64,000 nt of DNA from Thermodesulfobacteriota bacterium (GTDB lineage: Bacteria > Desulfobacterota > Desulfobulbia > Desulfobulbales > JAGXFP01). The translations under genes were made by a program, and so were the position numbers. Below, piece by piece: positions 56,743 to 64,000 of this stretch. The stretch covers positions 18,925 through 82,924 of the forward strand of contig JBDLJC010000006.1 in NCBI GenBank assembly GCA_039714535.1, written 5' to 3'. Positions within the stretch are counted from its first letter, which is position 1; each line of letters begins with the position of its first letter. The notes under the pieces were generated by a model. The model ran no database searches. It was given only the letters and a program-made list of their open reading frames with translations, and was not told the origin of the DNA.

Positions 56743-59700
56743 ATGAAACGTAAATTAATTGGCTGGGGGGAATTTCCCTTTTGGGCCACAACTATATTTC
56801 TGGCATTAACGTTTAGTTTAATTCTTTTCAATACTGCTCATTCTGCACCATTTTCCGTTTCTACAATAGATAGCACCCTTGATATTTCTGTAATGGAGGT
56901 TGAAGGTAATTATGATGCAGAACTTCCCGATGGTACACTTAATAGTTTCCCACGACAAGAAATCGCAACGAATTTTTTCAAAACGCATCCAGACGATTAT
57001 GACTTTCTTGTAATTTTTTCAAATTATGATTTTGCCATGCCTGCAGATGAAGTTGCTGCCTTTTATCTTGGCGTAAAAAATGATGTTCAGGGCATAGGCA
57101 AGAATAGTTATGACAATTCTTCCTTTTTCGGCAGTAATGGTAACCTCCAGGGTACAATTGACATGGGCAATCTGTCTTCCTTGTCAAGCGACCCTCTATC
57201 ACCAAATTTTTCAGAAACAATGGGTATCTTGAGCCATGAGTTATTACATCGCTGGGCTGCTCAAGTAAAGTATCAGGACTCGAATGGCGCTATCCGTAGC
57301 GACTTGATTGGCAAAGATGGCAATCACTGGAGCTATTTACTCGACACAGATGGTTCTCTTGAATATGGGAATCAATGGATGGAAAATGGGGATGGCACTT
57401 TTACGTCACTTCCCGGAAGAAAGTATTTTAGCCAGCTAGATTTGTATCTGATGGGATTGGCTGATAGGTCGGAAGTTCCCCCCATGCTTTTGATTCAAAA
57501 CCCTGATATTGATAAAAATCGTGTTCAAGAAGCAGGCGTTATTATTTCTGGGGCACCTCAATATATAACCATCGATGATATCATTGCTGCTGAAGGTGAA
57601 AGAATTCCGGGCTTCAAAAATTCTCAGAAGTCTTTCAATATAGGGGCTATTTACATAACCAGACCCGGAACATATGTCCAAGAAGATCTACATAAGATTA
57701 GAAGCGTAATTAATAATTGGCAAATTTGGTTCTCCAGCTTAACGAATGGTCGCAGTACGATAGCGGTTGATGCGCCCCCAAATGTGGCGCTGCCAGCAAA
57801 TGCCGGACCAGAGACTCCTTCCTATACTGCACGATCAGCGCCTCCTCAGATCAATGATGGGGTCACTTGGCTAATAAACAATCAACTCGGTGATGGCAGC
57901 TGGCAAGACAGTCCAGCTACTCTTGTTCGTGATACATCAACAGTGCTAGAGGCCTTGCATGATTTTACTGACGCCAGCCAAGCATATATCTCCGGGATTC
58001 AGTTACTTTCTAACACAAAACCTAATAATTCAGATTATCGGGCAAGAAAGCTTGAGACATTAAGTTCAAGTGGAAATAATGTTTCCGAGCTGCAAATTGA
58101 TCTTTATAGTTTGCAAAACGAGGATGGCGGTTGGGGGGGGGCAGGAAGTTATGTTAGCAACCCAACCGATACCGCTTTGACCCTCAAAGCTCTCACCACC
58201 AGTGGTTTTACCAATCAATCCGCCATTGAAAAAGCCCTGGAATATTTGAAACAAACTCAAAACAGTGATGATGGCTGGGGAGGTGGCGGTAACAGTAATA
58301 TCCAGACAACTATTGATGTAATCACCGTATTTGTTCCTTATAGGACAGAGTACCATCTGGATGATTTCATCCAGAATGCGGTGAGGTGGCTTTACAGCAA
58401 ACAGAATGAAGATGGTGGCTTTGGAAACAGCCCCAGTACAATATACAACACGGCCGAGACTTTGATTGCCCTTAAGCAGCTTGGTATTTCCTCCACCAAT
58501 ACTGATCAGGCCGTATCATATATACTTGGTCGCCAAGATGAGGATGGCAGTTGGTACTCCAGTGCATATCAGACAGCTCTGGCGGTAAATTCCCTATGGG
58601 CGGCAATGCGGGATCCGGATCTTTCTGTCAGTACTGCAGGAATGATCCCATCCCCAAGTGAAATCAACTTGTTTCCTGCAGAAGTCAGTCTTTCTGTCTC
58701 GGTTCAAAATTCCGGTATGACCGATGTGCAGGATACAACTGTTGTTCTCTATGAAGGGGCGGTAACTGATTCAAGCAAAATTGCTGAGAAGTTGGTTTCC
58801 ATCTCAAGTCAGTCTTCAACTACTGTTGTTTTTAATACAACGATAAAAGATGGAAATGCGCATTATTTTTATGCCGTGGTTGATCCTGAAAACTTAATAA
58901 AGGAAGCAAGCGAGCAAAACAATTCAGCACTACGTATCCTCTATTCTGAACCGACCTATGATTTTGAAATTCTACCGGGAGATATCTCTGTTGTTCCGGT
59001 AGAAGGCAATATCTATGAACCACTAACCATTTCTGGTCTAATCAAGAACAACGGGACTGTGGATGCCTATAATGTTCCCCTTAATGTGTTGGCTGATAAC
59101 GGTTCCGGCCCCATAGTTGTTGTCACAAAATCTGTGGATTTGCCATCTGGTGAGACCACTCCCTACTCTATTCCATGGGTTCCTGAAATTTCAGGCCTTG
59201 CCCTTTCGCTTTCTTTGGTGGTGGATCCGCACCGGGCTTTTACCGAAGTTTCTGAGGTAAACAATAGCGCTACCGTCGCAATCGATATCCACTCTTCCAC
59301 CAAGCCCGATCTTTATCTTTCCTATGCGGATCTTTCATTTGATCCTGATCCCGCCCTTGAAGCCGGTAGTACCGTCCTCAAGGCCCAAATTACCAACAAA
59401 GGTTTTGCGGCAGTAAATAACGTTCAGGTTGATTTTTATGAGAGGTTATCGGGGGAAGAGGGAAGCACTTTGCTGGGTTCAGATTGGATACCCGTTATTG
59501 CGCCTGGCCAAAGCGTGGTTGCAACCCTGGACTGGGACAATATAGCTGTAAGTGGGAAGAGATTGATCTCTGTTGATGTGGACCCCTTGAATTTAATTGA
59601 TGAGATTCGTGAAGATGATAATAGCGCCTTTACTCTTTTAGAGGTTCTGTCTCTCCCAGACCTTGCCGTTGCCGATAGTTCAATTGCTTTCAGTACTGAT

Positions 59701-62700
59701 GCTCCGAAAGTTGGAGATCTGCTGACTATTTCAACGATTGTGCAAAACGGAGGTGAGCAGCCGAGTTTGACTGTGCCGGTGGCTTTTTACGCAGGTAATA
59801 CTTTACTCGGTATCTCAACCATTCCGCCGATCGAAGGCAACGATCAGGAAGAAGTACTATTCATTTTTGACACAGCCGGGAAAGTCGGAGTGTTTAAAAT
59901 CAGGCTCATAGTTGATCCAGAAAATACCCTTCTTGAGCAAGACAAAGAGAATAATAGGGCTGGACGGAGTATTGGTATCCAGAATAAGGATCTCTGGCTC
60001 TCGGAGAATTTTATATCCCCCAACGGCGATGGAGTAAAAGACAGCACGGATTTTGGTTATCGTCTTAATGCGCCGCAGAATGTGCGGATTGTGGTGGTTA
60101 ATGAAGATAGTGAGTTCGTCAGAGAATTTACTGGGCCCCAGTTCAATGCGACAACTGCCGTGGCGATGACCTGGGATGGTTTGGATAACAAGGGAATGGT
60201 TGTGGATGACGGACAGTACCGGCTCCAGGTCCTTTCCGAAACGGGAACTGTCCTTGCCGGCCTCCTCGTGACGGTGGATAATAATCGGTCTCCTCTGCTA
60301 AAAGCCATTGGTACCCCATATCTTCACACAACAAAGATCGATGATTTATTGGGAGGTAGTTACAGCTGGTTTCCAGATGACAGTGGAGTGATTTTTCATC
60401 TTGCATACAAGAAGGCGGCGCGGCCTGAATATGATACGGGAATTTACACGATGTCACCGACCGGAGGAGACATTACCCGGCTGGTCCCGGATGAATGGAG
60501 TACAAACGCAGATCCTGAAATCGGCTATCGTTATTTATCAAACGAAAGTGATTGTAAGAGATCATGGCAGTTATTCGCATGCGATCAGGTGAATCCCGGT
60601 TTTGCCTTGTCTGCTGATGGGAATACTGTTGCCTTTATTCTGGAGAAGTATACCAAATCAACCGGGGGGGTACTGCAGCAGCAATTATGGTCTGTTAATC
60701 GATTTGGCGAGGATCTTACTCTTCTGGACTCCTTTGATTATCAGGAAGGAGCGCCCTATCTCATAACGGATATCTTCCCTTCACCTGACGGAACCCATAT
60801 AGCCTACAAACTATATGATCAGGATGCCGCACAACATTCTTTTATAATTATTCGTAATGATGGGACGGGTAAAACAACCTTTGCTCCCGGCTGGAACAGT
60901 GGCTTTGATTACCAACACAGATTGTCCTGGGCGCCGGATGGGCAGAAACTTGTCTTCTCTAATGCCACTCATGCGGTTGTGGCAGATCTTGCCGGGAATC
61001 TGCAGGAAGTCCTGCCAATCCAGAGCCAGATGGTCTTTTTTGATTGGTTTGGATCAAACAGGATCCTGATCCGGGACCGCATCTCCTGGGACATTGTAGA
61101 TAGTTGGTCGGTTGACCTCAATGCCCCGGAATTCCCCCCCGTGCTCATTGCTGCAGGAATATATGCCCCAGAGGGATGGTTTTCGTACGGTGGCTGCTTA
61201 CGGAGGGGAACGGCTTCTACTGTTTCAAAAACACCTCTGCATGACAACGGATATTTTATCGCAGGCTTTGAAGAAGACTGGCCATTTGAGAACTACATCG
61301 TCTGCGACATTAATGGTAACTGTCAAGACACGGACTCGACTTGGCTACGGTTTGGTAAACCGTCGTTAACGCCAGATACCGGGAAATTAGTAAATAGTAC
61401 CATTGACGGCATAGTAACAACATTCGATAGAGAAACCCTTGAAGCTGAAGTTTTTGAGTTCGGTTCTTGGGAGAGATATGGTTTTTACGATATACCGTCC
61501 CATTATAAGGTCTGGCCCCCGACGGAAAATGATCGCGCCAGTCGGAGTTTTTTAGATCTAACTCGTTGGAACTGGTTTGATAATGAGACTTTCCTGGCCT
61601 ATTATTTCGGAGAAGAAGATAGTTTAATAGCCTTTAATATTGAAAATGGCGAGAGAACCTTTCTTCTAGAAGATACAACGGATTACAGCCGGGTCGATAT
61701 TTCTCCAGATAAAAGATACCTCACGTTTCCGGCTGGTAATCCGGGAGATATTGCAGTGTTAGGGTCCTTGCTGAATTTGACCGCAGAACTGCAATTCAGC
61801 AAGACCAGGTCAGGGGTCTATTTTAGCGGGATAGCCTCAGACTTGAACTTTTCCAACTGGGTCCTGGAATATGCCGACCGGCAGACCCCGGATGACTGGC
61901 GAATTATTGCGCCAGCATCAGAAAAGCAGGTTGTCGACGGTTCACTTTCAGCCTGGATTCCACCATATGAAGGCTCTTTTTTGGTGCGATTGACGGTAAC
62001 GGACAAAGCCGGCAATACAGCCTGGGATAGAAGGCTGGTCACTTGGGGTAAGCAATTCAGCGTCACGAATATTTACCAGACTGGTGAACTGTTTTCGCCC
62101 AACGATGATGGTACCGCCGAGACGGTCTCGCTCAATTATTTCACCCATGATCCAGTCCATCTTGAATTGTTTGTTTATGATGCGGCAGGCAATCTCATCA
62201 AGACCTATTACCAGAACCATGCCTTGCCTGGTGAGTACGGTATAGTTTGGGACGGTTTGGATGAATCTGGAGGGATCGTTCCTGATGGGGACTATTCAAT
62301 TAAGATTTTTGACTATGAGTTTTTCTTTGAGGTAGACACCACGCTGCCAGATTCCTTATTAGAATTTGGTCCTGTTTCATGTGGGGGAAGGTTGCGTGTC
62401 GAACTTGCCGGTCTCGCTCTAGATAAACATTTTAAATCCTGGACCATATTTTATGGAGACGGCGATAGCCCTCAGGAGTGGTATGAATTCAAGTCCGGCC
62501 AAACACCGCTTGCCCCAGAAACTCTAGACGGTCGAATTGCTTTAAATGAAGAAGGCACGAGGTTCAAGGATAGTTTGGAGCAATTTACTTTTCAGTCATC
62601 ACCCTCGATCGGTTTTCTCGTCAACAAAACATTCCGGCTCGTGGTAGAGGATTCAGCCGGTAATAAAAGTATAGCTGATGTTCAGCTCAATGAAGAAATG

Positions 62701-64000
62701 TCTGTTATGGCAGGGTGGGATAATAACCGAATATCATTAGAAAAAAATGATCTTGAGATGTGTTCGTCTCCTGACATTCTTCCGATCGGTTTCCTTGGTT
62801 CTGCTGTTCATGACCTCACAATATATGAAACCATGAAGGAACAAATCAGCTCTGCGACGGTCCAGTACCGGATGAATATGCAATGGTTTGATGGTGAGGC
62901 GCTTATTGACCCTCCCGATGGTGAGATTCACCTCGCCTGGGATAATTCATTGCTGAATCATAACGAAATTGCCGCAGTTAGAATTAAATTTTTAGATGTT
63001 TCCGGCCTGGAATATTATTCAAACTCCGTTTCGTTTCGCCCCCCGGTATTTACTGCGGAAATGGGTTGTAAACCCATTACTCTTTCCCCTGCTGTGATAA
63101 CAATGAATATTTCTCTGCCAGAAGACCTGGCCATATTAAAACTTCAGGCACAGGGCGACGACCTTCAAGCCTGGGTGGACTTTGACGAATATGAAGTAAT
63201 TGTTGGTCCTCCGTTTGAGTTTGCAGCGCCATCGGCTATGATTTTTCCGGAAGGCTATGGCTATCCCCTCAGATTTGTCGGCATCGGCGAAAGCGGTCGG
63301 CAATACATAAGTAATGAGATGGAAACGCCCCCTAGTCAATGCAGTGGCGGTGCTGGTAGCACTGACAAACCTGGAGGTGGAGGAGAAGAGATATGTCGAA
63401 ATAGAATGGAAGAATCATTTTTGACTGTCAGATACAGTAGTGAAAAAGCAGAATGCAATTCTGTTCATCAAGGGCCTGCAACAATTGCTTTGCATTTAGA
63501 TTGCCCTGATGATCCGAATTTATTGAAGGGTTTGGATAAGGTCAGTTATTTCCTGGAAGGAAATGGGGAAGCACGAGTCTTGAAGGAGTTTGATCCTGTT
63601 ATCGACGGATGGGGAGAGGTGGTCCTTGATACCAGTAGCCTCCAGGAAGGAGATTATAAAGTGAGAGTGGATCTCATTTATGGCACGAATGTTGTCGAAG
63701 CCTTCATGGAAAACATCCTGATAGTAGATCGGACACTTCCTGAAGCAAGATTAGAACCATTTTGCGCGAGAAATGTGGAAGGTTGGCATGGACGAGAGTT
63801 CCGTTTATCGAATATTGCAGGCGTGGTTGATGATCTAAGTGGTTCCTCTGGCTATACCCTTATTTATGGTCCAGGTAGTAATCCCCAGGAATGGTTCTCC
63901 ATTCCAAAATGTGAAGCTTCTTGGGATAGTCCCGATTGTCTAAATCATCGGCCGCTCCGAGAATCCAAATGTAATCCTGAGGAAGGCGATTGTCCAACCA
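56743..64000 (+). CDS. Giant secreted multidomain protein (HExxH peptidase-like, QW-repeat alpha/alpha barrel, 4 CARDB, FlgD-Ig, beta-propeller); 3' end outside the window
   Basis: GGGGAGG SD plus ATG at 56743, signal peptide (AHS-A). The frame reads as sensible protein to the window end (about 2419 codons), and its absence from the ORF track fits having no stop. HELLH; QLGDGSW, QNEDGGW, QNSDDGW, QNEDGGF, QDEDGSW; four VDPxN..E..E.NN; two SPNxDG...WDGLD. Confidence 0.88.
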   Translation, partial: MKRKLIGWGEFPFWATTIFLALTFSLILFNTAHSAPFSVSTIDSTLDISVMEVEGNYDAELPDGTLNSFPRQEIATNFFKTHPDDYDFLVIFSNYDFAMPADEVAAFYLGVKNDVQGIGKNSYDNSSFFGSNGNLQGTIDMGNLSSLSSDPLSPNFSETMGILSHELLHRWAAQVKYQDSNGAIRSDLIGKDGNHWSYLLDTDGSLEYGNQWMENGDGTFTSLPGRKYFSQLDLYLMGLADRSEVPPMLLIQNPDIDKNRVQEAGVIISGAPQYITIDDIIAAEGERIPGFKNSQKSFNIGAIYITRPGTYVQEDLHKIRSVINNWQIWFSSLTNGRSTIAVDAPPNVALPANAGPETPSYTARSAPPQINDGVTWLINNQLGDGSWQDSPATLVRDTSTVLEALHDFTDASQAYISGIQLLSNTKPNNSDYRARKLETLSSSGNNVSELQIDLYSLQNEDGGWGGAGSYVSNPTDTALTLKALTTSGFTNQSAIEKALEYLKQTQNSDDGWGGGGNSNIQTTIDVITVFVPYRTEYHLDDFIQNAVRWLYSKQNEDGGFGNSPSTIYNTAETLIALKQLGISSTNTDQAVSYILGRQDEDGSWYSSAYQTALAVNSLWAAMRDPDLSVSTAGMIPSPSEINLFPAEVSLSVSVQNSGMTDVQDTTVVLYEGAVTDSSKIAEKLVSISSQSSTTVVFNTTIKDGNAHYFYAVVDPENLIKEASEQNNSALRILYSEPTYDFEILPGDISVVPVEGNIYEPLTISGLIKNNGTVDAYNVPLNVLADNGSGPIVVVTKSVDLPSGETTPYSIPWVPEISGLALSLSLVVDPHRAFTEVSEVNNSATVAIDIHSSTKPDLYLSYADLSFDPDPALEAGSTVLKAQITNKGFAAVNNVQVDFYERLSGEEGSTLLGSDWIPVIAPGQSVVATLDWDNIAVSGKRLISVDVDPLNLIDEIREDDNSAFTLLEVLSLPDLAVADSSIAFSTDAPKVGDLLTISTIVQNGGEQPSLTVPVAFYAGNTLLGISTIPPIEGNDQEEVLFIFDTAGKVGVFKIRLIVDPENTLLEQDKENNRAGRSIGIQNKDLWLSENFISPNGDGVKDSTDFGYRLNAPQNVRIVVVNEDSEFVREFTGPQFNATTAVAMTWDGLDNKGMVVDDGQYRLQVLSETGTVLAGLLVTVDNNRSPLLKAIGTPYLHTTKIDDLLGGSYSWFPDDSGVIFHLAYKKAARPEYDTGIYTMSPTGGDITRLVPDEWSTNADPEIGYRYLSNESDCKRSWQLFACDQVNPGFALSADGNTVAFILEKYTKSTGGVLQQQLWSVNRFGEDLTLLDSFDYQEGAPYLITDIFPSPDGTHIAYKLYDQDAAQHSFIIIRNDGTGKTTFAPGWNSGFDYQHRLSWAPDGQKLVFSNATHAVVADLAGNLQEVLPIQSQMVFFDWFGSNRILIRDRISWDIVDSWSVDLNAPEFPPVLIAAGIYAPEGWFSYGGCLRRGTASTVSKTPLHDNGYFIAGFEEDWPFENYIVCDINGNCQDTDSTWLRFGKPSLTPDTGKLVNSTIDGIVTTFDRETLEAEVFEFGSWERYGFYDIPSHYKVWPPTENDRASRSFLDLTRWNWFDNETFLAYYFGEEDSLIAFNIENGERTFLLEDTTDYSRVDISPDKRYLTFPAGNPGDIAVLGSLLNLTAELQFSKTRSGVYFSGIASDLNFSNWVLEYADRQTPDDWRIIAPASEKQVVDGSLSAWIPPYEGSFLVRLTVTDKAGNTAWDRRLVTWGKQFSVTNIYQTGELFSPNDDGTAETVSLNYFTHDPVHLELFVYDAAGNLIKTYYQNHALPGEYGIVWDGLDESGGIVPDGDYSIKIFDYEFFFEVDTTLPDSLLEFGPVSCGGRLRVELAGLALDKHFKSWTIFYGDGDSPQEWYEFKSGQTPLAPETLDGRIALNEEGTRFKDSLEQFTFQSSPSIGFLVNKTFRLVVEDSAGNKSIADVQLNEEMSVMAGWDNNRISLEKNDLEMCSSPDILPIGFLGSAVHDLTIYETMKEQISSATVQYRMNMQWFDGEALIDPPDGEIHLAWDNSLLNHNEIAAVRIKFLDVSGLEYYSNSVSFRPPVFTAEMGCKPITLSPAVITMNISLPEDLAILKLQAQGDDLQAWVDFDEYEVIVGPPFEFAAPSAMIFPEGYGYPLRFVGIGESGRQYISNEMETPPSQCSGGAGSTDKPGGGGEEICRNRMEESFLTVRYSSEKAECNSVHQGPATIALHLDCPDDPNLLKGLDKVSYFLEGNGEARVLKEFDPVIDGWGEVVLDTSSLQEGDYKVRVDLIYGTNVVEAFMENILIVDRTLPEARLEPFCARNVEGWHGREFRLSNIAGVVDDLSGSSGYTLIYGPGSNPQEWFSIPKCEASWDSPDCLNHRPLRESKCNPEEGDCPT

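Noticed and set aside
1-64000. CRISPR array, rRNA, integrase or intact transposase
   Set aside because: No regularly spaced repeats with unique spacers, no rRNA signatures, and no recombinase or transposase motifs in any ORF.

Overview
Chromosomal window from a GC-rich anaerobe that looks like Desulfobacterota/Desulfobulbales (inferred from gene content and order, not from a search). The housekeeping backbone comprises recD, two-subunit pyruvate carboxylase, kdsB, mdh, queD/queE, ung, trxB, tadA-tRNA-Ser-ffs-dnaX-ybaB-recR, tRNA-Val and thrS-infC-rpmI-rplT-pheST-ihfA-merR-tRNA-Pro. Three AT-richer accessory blocks interrupt it: (i) about 5.9-14.6 kb, with a SEC-C protein, a frameshifted ORF and a complete Type I R-M system; (ii) about 23.5-28.2 kb, with a group II intron domain V remnant, a methyltransferase-SEC-C fusion, a TPR/O-GlcNAc-transferase-like protein and an acyltransferase; (iii) from 56.7 kb to the window end, a >2400 aa secreted multidomain ORF that the ORF track misses. 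The most notable observations are: a short GIY-YIG nuclease flanked by nested palindromic repeats with degenerate copies elsewhere (REPtron-like, but without a tyrosine transposase); a 280 bp MITE with a perfect 9 bp target duplication that copied the recR ribosome-binding site; a probable Kdo8N (KdnA plus KdnB-like Fe-ADH plus KdsB) LPS pathway; a dnaX slippery site with stops in both shifted frames; a stand-alone YcaO-TPR fusion; and an identical 15 bp operator-like palindrome at two envelope-gene promoters. No CRISPR array, rRNA, integrase or intact transposase was seen. Family assignments rest on recognised motifs; no database search was run.
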